DNA of 45,414 nt from a virus. The position numbers were made by a program, and so were the translations under genes. Below are positions 26,694 through 36,067 of the stretch, in pieces (within the stretch, counting starts at the first letter, position 1; each line of letters begins with the position of its first letter). The stretch lies in UHGV virus genome UHGV-0206544, one strand, 5' to 3'. The notes under the pieces were generated by a model. It had not been told where the DNA came from and ran no database searches. It saw nothing but the letters and a program-made list of their open reading frames with translations.

Positions 26694-27089
26694 ATGGACT
26701 ATTCACAGTTATCAGATTTTGAAATTAACAAACTCGTCGCTAAGGCTACTGGCACGCAAATTGAGGAAACATATCAGTTCGTAAATGGCGGTGAAGATAT
26801 TACAGACCACATGAGCGGCATTGTGCTGATGCGCAAGATAACCAGCAATCGTAAGCACTGGAAGTTGTATGACCCATGCAACAACCCGGCAGACGCATGG
26901 CCGATGATCGTTGATAACGAAATCTCACTGAACAGTTACAGCGGCACATGGGAGGCATCGTACGAATATGACGCGCCAATTGGGGCGTTCGGCACTGATG
27001 AGTTAGTCACAAAAGCTGTTGAGGGTAAGAATCCACTTCGTACCGCAATGATTGCCTTCCTGATGAAGCAGGAGCAGGCCAATGCTTAG
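26694..27089 (+). CDS. NinX/DUF2591-like protein
   Basis: MDYSQLSDFEINKLVAKA N-terminus typical of this nin-region family. Confidence 0.4.
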   Translation: MDYSQLSDFEINKLVAKATGTQIEETYQFVNGGEDITDHMSGIVLMRKITSNRKHWKLYDPCNNPADAWPMIVDNEISLNSYSGTWEASYEYDAPIGAFGTDELVTKAVEGKNPLRTAMIAFLMKQEQANA

Positions 27090-27250
27090 CCCCCACGAAG
27101 CCCAATCCTACGAGCAGCAGAGTATAGCGAGAGCAATGACGTGCGCTAACTGCGGTAAGAAGCTGCATGTGCTGGAAGTTCACGTATGTGAAGTGTGTTG
27201 CGCAGAGCTAATGTGCGTTCCAAATAGCTCAATGTACGAGGAAGAAGACG

Positions 27251-27541
27251 ATGACTAACCTACGCAAAGAAGCGCGCGGTCGAGAATGCCAGATACGGAT
27301 TTATGGCGTATGCAACGGCAATTCAGAAACTACAGTTCTGGCCCATTACCGAATGGCAGGCATTTGCGGAACTGGAATGAAGCCAGATGACCTGCTGGCA
27401 GCATGGGGATGTAGCGCATGTCACGATGAGGTTGATCGCCGTACGCACTTTATCGATAACCATGACGCCAAACTCTACCACCTTGAAGGGGTGATTCGGA
27501 CGCAGGATATTCTTCGCAAGGAGGGGAAGATAAAGACATGA
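27251..27541 (+). CDS. DUF1364-like zinc-binding protein
   Basis: C..C...C..H pattern. Typically precedes rusA. Confidence 0.45.
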   Translation: MTNLRKEARGRECQIRIYGVCNGNSETTVLAHYRMAGICGTGMKPDDLLAAWGCSACHDEVDRRTHFIDNHDAKLYHLEGVIRTQDILRKEGKIKT

Positions 27542-27933
27542 CGCAATATCGACTCAAACTACCATGGCCGCCATCTAACAATCGATACTGGCGACACTCA
27601 CGAGGCATCCACTACATCAGCGATTGGGGCAAGAGATACCGAAAAGAAGTAATCGAAATAATCCAGCAACAAAGGCTAGACATCAAAATCACACCTCGCA
27701 TCAGAATCACCATCCACGCAGCACCTCCCGATAACCGCAAACGAGATTTGGACAATCTGCCCAAAGCCGTTTTTGACGCACTCACAAGTGCGGGCTTCTG
27801 GCTGGATGACGGCCAGATAGACGATATGCGCATCAAGCGCTGTCAGGCGATTAAAGGCGGAATGCTTGTGCTGGTAGTTACTGAGACGTGCGGGAGCTTG
27901 CCAATGATTACAGAACTACTGGAGGCAGCATGA
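27538..27933 (+). CDS. rusA: RusA Holliday junction resolvase
   Basis: LPWPPSNNRYW...RKRDLDNLPKAVFDALT is the RusA signature. Confidence 0.8.
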   Translation: MTQYRLKLPWPPSNNRYWRHSRGIHYISDWGKRYRKEVIEIIQQQRLDIKITPRIRITIHAAPPDNRKRDLDNLPKAVFDALTSAGFWLDDGQIDDMRIKRCQAIKGGMLVLVVTETCGSLPMITELLEAA

Positions 27934-28586
27934 AGTGCAAGATTGAAGGTTGCGATCGGGAATGTAGATACATGGAGCAGCAGATATGCCAAAAGCATTA
28001 TTTCAGGATGATGCGATATGGGACATATGAGCTCACAAAACATGGGAAAGGAAAGGGATTCTCTACTAACGCCAAGGGATACGTGATGATTAAAGAGCCA
28101 TCTCATCCACTGGCAATGAAAAATGGATTTGTGTACGAGCACAGAAAGGTTGTGTTTGCAAAGTTCGGAGAGCAGTTACCACCATGCGAATTATGCGGAA
28201 AAGCTGTTACCTGGAAGAATGCGCATATTGACCACAAGGATGATCAAGTCAACAACAACGAACCGGATAATCTCAGAGTTCTGTGCAATGCCTGCAATGT
28301 GATGCGATCGCGTATTCACATCCCATCCCACACCAGAAAAAGAAGCCACGCCATCACGTTCAATGGGGAAACGAAAACCCCAGCAGAATGGTCGCGAGAC
28401 CCAAGAGTAAGCGTCGCTGGAAATACGATTCTGTTCAGGCTCAGGAAAGGTATGAGCGTAGAGCAGGCGCTTTTCGGTGAAAAGCTCACCCATCGAGGGA
28501 AGAAGGCAAATGGCTACCAGCCGAAATACGGCGAGTATCAGCAGAAGCTTAAAGACCTGCGTGAAAGCAGAAGCGAGGCAGCATGA
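27930..28586 (+). CDS. HNH endonuclease with N-terminal zinc finger
   Basis: HIDHKDDQVNNNEPDNLRVLCNACN (H-N-H); N-terminal CKIEGCDRECRY...C. SD GGAGG; ATGA-coupled to rusA. Confidence 0.75.
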   Translation: MKCKIEGCDRECRYMEQQICQKHYFRMMRYGTYELTKHGKGKGFSTNAKGYVMIKEPSHPLAMKNGFVYEHRKVVFAKFGEQLPPCELCGKAVTWKNAHIDHKDDQVNNNEPDNLRVLCNACNVMRSRIHIPSHTRKRSHAITFNGETKTPAEWSRDPRVSVAGNTILFRLRKGMSVEQALFGEKLTHRGKKANGYQPKYGEYQQKLKDLRESRSEAA

Positions 28587-28807
28587 GCAAAATCCAATAC
28601 CCAATGACCACGGCGGCAATATTCGATGATGTTGTCTATCCGCTGCATTTCGATAATTCCGGGAATGTTGAACAAGAAATGGACGGCGCTGTTAACTGGT
28701 TCTGCCGATGGTGCAACGAAGAAAAGGCCGTTGTGAAAGCAAGAGTGCTTGTCAGTTGTTGGGGCCAGTATTTGACTCATGAGCAAGTTATGCAGGAGGC
28801 CGCATGA
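28583..28807 (+). CDS. hypothetical protein
   Basis: 74 aa, ATGA-coupled. Confidence 0.35.
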   Translation: MSKIQYPMTTAAIFDDVVYPLHFDNSGNVEQEMDGAVNWFCRWCNEEKAVVKARVLVSCWGQYLTHEQVMQEAA

Positions 28808-29007
28808 CGTTCTCTGTAAAAACCATACCCGACATGCTCATTGAGACATACGGGAATCAGACAGAAGTAGCCAGGCGATTATCGTGCCATCGCAACACGG
28901 TAAATCGCTACGCATACGACAACGAAGCAAAGTATCACGCCATCGTTAACGGCGTTCTCATGGTTCATCGTGGATGGAGTGGAAGACATGACCGTAACCA
29001 GCATTAA
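28804..29007 (+). CDS. ninH: NinH
   Basis: MTFSVKTIPDMLIETYGNQTEVARRL...AIVNGVLMVHRGWS closely resembles lambda NinH. Confidence 0.65.
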   Translation: MTFSVKTIPDMLIETYGNQTEVARRLSCHRNTVNRYAYDNEAKYHAIVNGVLMVHRGWSGRHDRNQH

Positions 29008-29325
29008 CGCAGCACAGCAGCGTCACAAAGACAGAGAGTTGCTTAACGACATCGACATGGCGCTTCAGACGAACGAAGAGACACGTCAGCGACTGGAGGC
29101 AATGCGTCGTGAGGTTATCAATCGCTTGGGTATCAATAAGCCTGACCATGACCCGGAGGCTGCATAGATGATAAAGCCAATCCATAACCGCGAAGCAATA
29201 AAGATCCTCTCAGCAGCATTCTTCTTCCCACCAATCAGATTTAAACGCCGCTCACTTCTGGCAAGAGAGTGCAACGCACTTATTCAGGCTGACAGGTATT
29301 TATCTCAGGCAGATAAGGGGAAAGC

Positions 29326-29937
29326 ATGAGGCACACTCCGATATTCGGCATGGTCAACTTCATCGACGATGCTCATTTCCGACGTGTATGGAAGCACCCA
29401 AAGAAAACCATCAACACCCGACAGAAAGCATGGGTTCACTACATGCTTCAGGTATGGGGAAAGGTGAACGCCGGTGATGATTCTCCTGGTGGTGCAATCA
29501 ACGTAATCGGTCGCCTGATGATTCGTAGCCAGTGGAGTGATGACAAGGCCAAACAGATTGAGTCTGTCGTCATGCGCCTTTACGAAGAAGATGGACTGCG
29601 TGGAGATGCGCTATACAAGAAAGCTCGCGAACTGGTCATCCCTCAATCATCATTCAGCAACATCATCGCTCTCGCCAAAGAATCCGATGATGCTGCTTTC
29701 GTTGAACGTGTGATGGTCAAGACGTTTCACCGTGAAAGCCCCGTCCGCGATGTAGCTATTAAGCGATATTGCAATCGCAATTGCACGCAAGATATTGCCA
29801 GGCTGATGAATGCAGTCACCGGAATGGATATCCAGTCATGCAGGCGTAGGGTCGTCTGGTGCGAGAATGTGCTCGATTCGGAAATCTTTTATGCGATGAA
29901 GCGCGAAATTGAGAAGGAATTTCCACGGGGAGTATAA
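29326..29937 (+). CDS. putative late-gene antiterminator (Q-like) by position
   Basis: 203 aa. Last gene before the pR'-like promoter, tR' and the lysis genes. No firm motif match. Confidence 0.35.
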   Translation: MRHTPIFGMVNFIDDAHFRRVWKHPKKTINTRQKAWVHYMLQVWGKVNAGDDSPGGAINVIGRLMIRSQWSDDKAKQIESVVMRLYEEDGLRGDALYKKARELVIPQSSFSNIIALAKESDDAAFVERVMVKTFHRESPVRDVAIKRYCNRNCTQDIARLMNAVTGMDIQSCRRRVVWCENVLDSEIFYAMKREIEKEFPRGV

Positions 29938-29962
29938 TTTTTAGGTGAATTTTCCTAAATAA

Positions 29963-29995
29963 CTTGATTTCGCAAAATTGAAGGTATATATTTCA
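29963..29995 (+). promoter_or_regulatory. late promoter pR' candidate (-35 TTGATT, 17 nt, -10 TATATT)
   Basis: Located between the Q-like gene and tR'. Confidence 0.35.
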
Positions 29996-30164
29996 TGTAT
30001 GCTCGGCAGTCAAAGACGAAAGAGCGTGGTGGTGAGATAACCGAGGCGGCGCTCACCACCGATTCCGCCTAGTTGGTATCTTCGGCTAATGGCCTGGTAC
30101 TCCAACCATCACAGGCTGAGAGGTCTGTAAGAGTTGACGCGGTACAGGTTACGAAAGTGACCAT

Positions 30165-30197
30165 AAAAGCCCTGAGTTAATAGCTCGGGGCTTTTTG
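30165..30197 (+). terminator. tR'-like rho-independent terminator
   Basis: AAAAGCCCTGAG-TTAATAG-CTCGGGGCTTTTTG. Confidence 0.6.
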
Positions 30198-30360
30198 CGT
30201 TCATACCGATAGCAAAACACATCGTCATCGTGGCGGTGTTATCTTGCATGAGGTGGAAGAGTAGCGCTCCTTCCCGTCAGCTCCACGAAACGGAGCCCAC
30301 AACAGGTAAGAGCATTCTCCCGTAAGGGGCTTGGCTTAAATGCACTGAGTGCTCTTTCCG

Positions 30361-30473
30361 TTGTGGTTAGCTCAGGAATTGGTTAGAGCTCCATCCATGC
30401 TTGCCATTGCTGCATGGGCGGGTAATGGGTTCCGAAAGGATCGCCGCGCAGGTTCGAATCCTGCACCACAACC
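30361..30473 (+). tRNA. tRNA-like element / disrupted tRNA (113 nt) with canonical acceptor, D-arm and T-arm but an oversized central region
   Basis: TTGTGGT...ACCACAA acceptor pairing, D-arm GCTC-AGGAATTGGTTA-GAGC, T-arm GCAGG-TTCGAAT-CCTGC. The 58 nt between the D and T arms cannot form a standard anticodon or variable arm. Confidence 0.3.
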
Positions 30474-30623
30474 TTACCTGCTACCTCAGGCAATCGGTCG
30501 AAAGACGCCGGATAAACGTAACCGGCCTTAATTGCACGACCTTTCTGAAAGCGCATCCCACTAAATACCAGACAGACAAAACCCTCACCTTATCCGCTGT
30601 GGCTACGGTGCCGGTGCGCTTTG

Positions 30624-30652
30624 CAAAAAAGAAAACCCGCTCAATGGCGGGC
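30624..30652 (-). terminator. minus-strand rho-independent terminator in the late leader region
   Basis: Minus strand reads CCCGC-CATTGA-GCGGG followed by TTTTCTTTTTTGC. Confidence 0.5.
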
Positions 30653-30922
30653 TTCGTGAAAATGGGCGACCGTAAGTTGGTGGAACAACCTACAGTCATC
30701 TTGCTCATGACGCTAATCACGAACAAAGACCGAGGCCCATATCGTCTGATCAGACGGATGAAACTTAGATCGGATTTGTTCATTACACAAGAACCACATT
30801 AATAAATGTGAACAAGTCCCTCAATTTGAGGGTCGCATCTTAGCGGCCTGGCTAGTCTCTTCCCGCGCCGTTTAACGGCCAGGCGCATTTAAAGCAGCCA
30901 CCTGAGTGGTGGAGACTACGCA

Positions 30923-31216
30923 ATGGCAAACGGAATCGAATTCATTCCGGCTCTGCTTCTCGCGGTCATCATGAATCTGGTTGGCTCACTGGCAAAATAT
31001 GCTTACAGCTCTCCCGATCAAAGGGTTCCTCTCCTTAATCATGTGCTCGTGTCGCTCTTTGCCGGAATGATGATGTTTTTATTTTCAATGACGAACGGGT
31101 GGTCGTTATACGTTATGGGTATTGGTTGCGGTGCTGCTGGCTGGCAGGGCGCATCAATTATAAGGCGTATCCATCCACCTGGATTCGGACCAGATGGTGA
31201 CAATGATGACAAATAA
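30923..31216 (+). CDS. putative holin (three predicted TM helices)
   Basis: 97 aa. First gene of the lysis cluster. Confidence 0.4.
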   Translation: MANGIEFIPALLLAVIMNLVGSLAKYAYSSPDQRVPLLNHVLVSLFAGMMMFLFSMTNGWSLYVMGIGCGAAGWQGASIIRRIHPPGFGPDGDNDDK

Positions 31217-31544
31217 CGTTGAGCTGAAGGTTGGGCGTTATGTTATCGGGATTATGCCTGTGCTTTTTTTCCTCATAACTGCATACGCCTGTTACAACAT
31301 CCAGGCGGTTATTGACAATGGTCAGAAGACAATCGCCCAGATGCAAAAAGAAAACAGCAGCCTCTCAAAGCGGTTGGCTGCTTCAGATTTAAAAAGACGA
31401 GATGCCGAGCAAGAACTGGCTTCTCAGCAATCAAAAGGTGGTCAGTCACCCGGCGTGGTGATCATCTCTCCTGAAGGTTCAAAAGTTCACACCTTTGATG
31501 CGCCCAGAGCTTATCCAAGCGTACAGAAAGACCTCATCTTCTGA
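31194..31544 (+). CDS. lysis-associated membrane protein (one N-terminal TM plus coiled coil; antiholin or spanin-like)
   Basis: 116 aa between the holin candidate and the endolysin. Confidence 0.3.
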   Translation: MVTMMTNNVELKVGRYVIGIMPVLFFLITAYACYNIQAVIDNGQKTIAQMQKENSSLSKRLAASDLKRRDAEQELASQQSKGGQSPGVVIISPEGSKVHTFDAPRAYPSVQKDLIF

Positions 31545-31555
31545 AGGAATTAATA

Positions 31556-32023
31556 ATGAGCAGCATTGTGAAAATCCTCAATTATGAAGAGGGGTATAAA
31601 GAGCGCCCGTACATCGATACTGAAGGTTATCCAACAGTGGCTTGCGGTGTGAAGATTGGTCCAAAGGGTGCTCCTCTTAGCAATTACACATTCACAGTAC
31701 CACGTGAAGTTGGTGATGTGTGGCTTGAGTCGTTCGTTGCATCAACAATCAAAAAGATGAACGAAAATCCACTCATTATTTCCGCGATGAAAGCATGCAA
31801 TCAGGAGCGCAAAGACATCCTGGTCAGCATGGCTTATCAGATGGGTGTACAGGGACTAGCTGGATTCAAGAACACACTCGCTATGGTGGCTGCCGGAAAC
31901 TTCTCTGGTGCTGCATCAGGAATGCTGTCCAGCAAATGGGCAAAGCAAACGACAAACCGGGCAAATCGCCACGCAGAGGTAATGCGAACCGGAACGCTTG
32001 AAGCGTATAAGGGGATTATCTGA
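31556..32023 (+). CDS. endolysin, T4 lysozyme-like (GH24)
   Basis: YEEGYKERPYIDTEGYPTVACG carries the E-D-T catalytic triad spacing. 155 aa. Confidence 0.85.
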   Translation: MSSIVKILNYEEGYKERPYIDTEGYPTVACGVKIGPKGAPLSNYTFTVPREVGDVWLESFVASTIKKMNENPLIISAMKACNQERKDILVSMAYQMGVQGLAGFKNTLAMVAAGNFSGAASGMLSSKWAKQTTNRANRHAEVMRTGTLEAYKGII

Positions 32024-32361
32024 TGAAAATATTCATCGCTTTCTGCCTGGTGGCTATCGTCGCTCTGTTAATGGCCCAGAGATATACCCGTCTTGAGTTC
32101 GTTGCTCATGCAAAGCTGTTGTTTAAAACGTGGTCAGTATGGCTTGCATCATTTGGTGCAATGCTAGGAGCGTGGATTCAAAGCTTCCCGGAAACTGCTA
32201 TTCAGGCATGGGCATTTCTTCCTGAAGACATCAAGGGTTACATTCCCCACGACATCCTCGGTTATATCAGTCAGGGGATGGTGGCGCTGGCAGTGCTGGC
32301 TCAGTTTGTACGCCAGTCAAAGCTGAAGGATAAAGCAGCTGAACTGAGGGAATCGAAATGA
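32023..32361 (+). CDS. membrane protein in the lysis cassette (possible second holin/antiholin)
   Basis: 112 aa with about three hydrophobic segments. ATGA-coupled to the endolysin. Confidence 0.35.
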   Translation: MKIFIAFCLVAIVALLMAQRYTRLEFVAHAKLLFKTWSVWLASFGAMLGAWIQSFPETAIQAWAFLPEDIKGYIPHDILGYISQGMVALAVLAQFVRQSKLKDKAAELRESK

Positions 32362-32645
32362 GTTCGTTAATGGCTGTCGGATGGGAATACATACTTGGTG
32401 CCATCGGGATTATTGGTGCTATTGCTCTCACATGGTTCACAGCGAAAAGCAAAGGCCAGACAGAGGCAAAAGCCGAGGCTGATGTTAAGAGTGCTAACGC
32501 CGAAAAAGAGTCAGCACAGAACATCACCACTAAGCAGGAAGTCACCATTAAGGCGGTGAAAGATGTCGCACAAGCAAATCAATCTCTGTCTGATAGCGCT
32601 GCTCGTGAGCGCATGCGGACTTCAAAATACCACACCGCAGATTAA
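32358..32645 (+). CDS. i-spanin (Rz-like)
   Basis: N-terminal TM followed by a periplasmic coiled coil. The o-spanin gene is embedded in the +1 frame. Confidence 0.5.
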   Translation: MSSLMAVGWEYILGAIGIIGAIALTWFTAKSKGQTEAKAEADVKSANAEKESAQNITTKQEVTIKAVKDVAQANQSLSDSAARERMRTSKYHTAD

Positions 32646-32784
32646 GTATGTGTATGTAGACAACGCATGCACCGCATTCCAGCCAATCATCACCCATGGG
32701 AAAGACCCTGATGTGATGGATAGCAGAACGGTAAAAGCGATAAACACCCATAACGAAACATGGGATAGGCTGTGCGCTAAATGA
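32563..32784 (+). CDS. o-spanin (Rz1-like lipoprotein) overlapping the i-spanin gene
   Basis: Signal peptide and lipobox LVSAC. 73 aa. Confidence 0.5.
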   Translation: MSHKQINLCLIALLVSACGLQNTTPQIKYVYVDNACTAFQPIITHGKDPDVMDSRTVKAINTHNETWDRLCAK

Positions 32785-32914
32785 TTTGTGTGACCCTCAA
32801 AGGAGCGTGATCCACATCTTGGCAAGCCGGAACAGACGGAAGTGACCAATCACTACTGAGAAGCAGAGAAACCGTTGCGCTAATGGCAACCAATATAATG
32901 ATCAGGAGCAAACA

Positions 32915-33124
32915 ATGACACAACGAGTAATCTCCACTGGTGGTGTGCCTGTAAGCGTGCCAAGCACAAGTGATGTACCAGGTACTGCAACCACTACTAC
33001 TGCGGGTACTGTGAAACAGGCAGCAGCACAGGCAGATTCAGTTGCTACTGATGTGGCTGGTCTGGTGACCGACTTCAATGCACTGTTAGCAAAACTACGT
33101 GCTGCCGGAATCCTGGCTTCCTGA
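32915..33124 (+). CDS. small Ala/Thr/Val-rich hypothetical protein
   Basis: 69 aa with SD AGGAG. Confidence 0.3.
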   Translation: MTQRVISTGGVPVSVPSTSDVPGTATTTTAGTVKQAAAQADSVATDVAGLVTDFNALLAKLRAAGILAS

Positions 33125-33392
33125 TATTTAATTCTGTGAAATGCGATTCGCTCGTGTGGGCGTAAAGCAGGAAATTCTGATATGACAAAGAAATTCGAAG
33201 AGATGCCACCAGACGTGCAGGAGTGAATCCTTCGCACTATTGAATGGCGTCTTACTCATGGATGTTCAAATAATAGCGAGCGTGATGTTGATGAAGTCAT
33301 GTCAGCTTATTGCCGACTGTTTCAGTCATCATCCACAACCAAAGTTGGTGAGATTGTAGTAAACGTCACCACGGTGCATGAGAGTACATAAC

Positions 33393-34049
33393 ATGGCAAA
33401 GCTCACCGACAAACAAGAGCTGTTTGCCCGTGAGCCACGACCATCTCCGGGCGAAAACTTCATCACTGAGTTTCACCCTTACAACAGACTTATTCCCGCT
33501 GATGGTGTTTATGACTGGGTGCACCAAAACATCATCTCAAACACTGGTGCTATCCATAATCCAGACCATGCTCACCTTGAAGGGGCTGATATAGCTTTCC
33601 TTTGGGCGCAGCATGGATTTACCAAAAAAGGTCGCACCGTTCTCGGTCAGGCAGAGGAAGTTATGTTTCGTGCAGGAGGATGGCAAAAGGCACGCATGGA
33701 ACAGCAGATGAACGATTGGTTCGGACACCAACCGGATTACATCATCACACTGGCCGCTGACTTTTGTTCTCAATGCTCCGATCTGGAGTTCTGCGCCCTG
33801 ATAGAGCATGAGCTTTACCATATAGCGCAAGAGACTGATGATTTTGGTGCGCCGAAGTTCTACAAAGAATCAGGGATGCCAAAGCTCTGCATGCGCGGAC
33901 ACGACGTAGAAGAGTTCGTCGGTGTGGTTCGTAGATATGGACCAAGTGTCGATGTTCAGGAACTGGTCGATGCTGCAAATAAACCCGCCGAGGTGGCGAA
34001 AATCAACATAGCCAGAGCGTGTGGCACCTGCCTTATGAAACTGGCTTAA
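33393..34049 (+). CDS. putative zinc metallopeptidase (HExxH)
   Basis: Motif IEHELYHIAQE. Upstream of the terminase genes. Confidence 0.45.
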   Translation: MAKLTDKQELFAREPRPSPGENFITEFHPYNRLIPADGVYDWVHQNIISNTGAIHNPDHAHLEGADIAFLWAQHGFTKKGRTVLGQAEEVMFRAGGWQKARMEQQMNDWFGHQPDYIITLAADFCSQCSDLEFCALIEHELYHIAQETDDFGAPKFYKESGMPKLCMRGHDVEEFVGVVRRYGPSVDVQELVDAANKPAEVAKINIARACGTCLMKLA

Positions 34050-34080
34050 TTTTTATACTCGTCTATACGGATGGTGAAGC

Positions 34081-34590
34081 ATGGCTGCATTAAAGCCAGA
34101 AGTGAAAGCCTTCATCGTCCAGCAGCTTGCGTGCTTCGACACCCCCTCACAAATTGTCGAGGCCGTACAAAATGAATTCTCTATTCAAATAACCCGCCAG
34201 CATGTGGCGTCACACGATCCAACAAAAGCTGCTGGCGTGAATTTGGCTAAGAAGTGGGTGGATTTGTTCCACGCGACGCGCGCCCGATTCCAGAGTGATA
34301 TTTCCGATATACCCATCGCTAACAAGGCGTATCGACTCCGCGTGCTAGACAGGATGACTGTGAAAGCAGAGGGTATGCGAAACATGGCTCTAGCTGCATC
34401 TCTCATGGAGCAGGCGGCAAAAGAATGCGGAGACGCTTACACCAATAAGCTGAAAGTCGAAAGCACCGGAGCTGATGGCGGTCCAATCAAGTATTCCGAC
34501 ATCACCGAAGAAGAGTTAGACGAACGCCTTAAGGAGCTTGGTCATGGCCGACATCGATCGCAGCTCGCTGAGAAACAGGCAGACTCTTGA
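34081..34590 (+). CDS. terminase small subunit
   Basis: 169 aa immediately upstream of and overlapping TerL. N-terminus MAALKPEVKAFIVQQLACFDTPSQIVEAV. Confidence 0.55.
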   Translation: MAALKPEVKAFIVQQLACFDTPSQIVEAVQNEFSIQITRQHVASHDPTKAAGVNLAKKWVDLFHATRARFQSDISDIPIANKAYRLRVLDRMTVKAEGMRNMALAASLMEQAAKECGDAYTNKLKVESTGADGGPIKYSDITEEELDERLKELGHGRHRSQLAEKQADS

Positions 34591-36067
34591 GGCATTCAAG
34601 CGACGGGCGATAGCGGAAGCCAGAGAATCCCTGATGGGGTTTACTCTCTACACTAACCCTCTGTATGAGACGGGATGGTTTAACGAGCTTCTTTCAGCTG
34701 AGCTTGATCAGTTTCTTGCTGACGTTGAAGCCGGAAAGATGCCGCGATTAATGATATTTGCACCCCCTCGTTCCGGTAAGAGCGAAAAAGCATCACGGCG
34801 ATTCCCTGCTTATGTGCTGGGTAAGCACCCTGACTGGAATGTGATCGCCTGTTCGTATTCGTCTGACCTTGCAAACCGCATGTCACGAGACACGCAGCGC
34901 ATTGTTGGTTCGAAGAAGTACGCCGATGTATTCCCTGACACCTCACTGCCATCAAGCCGAACAGGCGCAGGTGGTGCCATACGCACTGCTGAGTTATGGG
35001 AGGTTGTTAACGGTAGCGGAGAAATTCACGGTGGATCATATCGTGCAGCAGGCGTTAACGGCGGTATCACCGGGCAAGGCATGAATATCGGCATCATTGA
35101 TGACCCGGCAAAAGACTACAAAACAGCATCTTCTCCAACCTATCAGGAGGCGGTGATCGACTGGTATGACACGACTTTCTTCACCCGTGCAGATCCGAAG
35201 ATAAACGGAATCATCATCATCCTTACCCGCTGGCATCAGAATGACCTGGCTGGTCAGTTGCTGAAGAAAGCAGAAGAGGGTGGTGAGCAGTGGCGCGTGG
35301 TTAGCTTCCCGATGGAGGCTGAGAAAGAAGAGGTTCATGAGCTCAACGGCAAAAAGTATCTGCTGCGAAAACCTGGTGAAATCCTCTTTCCTGAGCGTAT
35401 GCCACAAGAGTTCGTCGACAAGGCCAAGCAACGCGGCTCACTGGTATGGAATGCCCTGTATCAGCAGCGCCCAACCGCTAAAGGCGGCGGACTGATTAAA
35501 TCGGAATGGTTCGGTGAATACTCCGTGCTTCCTCCTATGCAATGGCGAGCCGTATATGGCGACACCGCGCAGAAAACGAAAGAGGTTAATGACTTCTCCG
35601 TATTCGAGCACTGGGGGTTAGGTACAGACGGATATATCTACCTGATAGACATGATCCGCGGTAAGTGGGAAGCCGAAGAGCTTCAGCGTCGCGCTGTCGC
35701 GTTCTGGGATAAATGCAAAATCCTCAAGAATGGACCACTCCGTCACATGGCGATAGAGGACAAATCATCCGGAACTGGACTGATTCAGAACATCCGTAAG
35801 AAGGCGATATGCCCTATCAAGGCCATTCAGCGCGATAAAGACAAATACACTCGCCTGATGGACGTGCAGGGATACATTGAGTCCGGGTATATCAAGCTGC
35901 CCAGCAACGCACCATTCATTAACGACTTCCTCGTCGAGATGGAAGCCATCAACCCTGATTTCAATACGCACGACGACCAGTTAGATCCGATGATGGATGC
36001 CATCGACGAAATGAAAAATGGCAATGGTCCGTTACGCATATCTGAAGAACTTTTGAGGCTCGCATAG
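34538..36067 (+). CDS. terminase large subunit
   Basis: Walker A FAPPRSGKSEKASRR. C-terminal nuclease region. 509 aa. Confidence 0.85.
   Translation: MVMADIDRSSLRNRQTLEAFKRRAIAEARESLMGFTLYTNPLYETGWFNELLSAELDQFLADVEAGKMPRLMIFAPPRSGKSEKASRRFPAYVLGKHPDWNVIACSYSSDLANRMSRDTQRIVGSKKYADVFPDTSLPSSRTGAGGAIRTAELWEVVNGSGEIHGGSYRAAGVNGGITGQGMNIGIIDDPAKDYKTASSPTYQEAVIDWYDTTFFTRADPKINGIIIILTRWHQNDLAGQLLKKAEEGGEQWRVVSFPMEAEKEEVHELNGKKYLLRKPGEILFPERMPQEFVDKAKQRGSLVWNALYQQRPTAKGGGLIKSEWFGEYSVLPPMQWRAVYGDTAQKTKEVNDFSVFEHWGLGTDGYIYLIDMIRGKWEAEELQRRAVAFWDKCKILKNGPLRHMAIEDKSSGTGLIQNIRKKAICPIKAIQRDKDKYTRLMDVQGYIESGYIKLPSNAPFINDFLVEMEAINPDFNTHDDQLDPMMDAIDEMKNGNGPLRISEELLRLA

Noticed and set aside
30401-30802. ORFs 30401..30802 (+) and 30481..30783 (-) in the late leader
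   Set aside because: They span the tRNA-like element and an intrinsic terminator and have no RBS. The region reads better as non-coding or regulatory.
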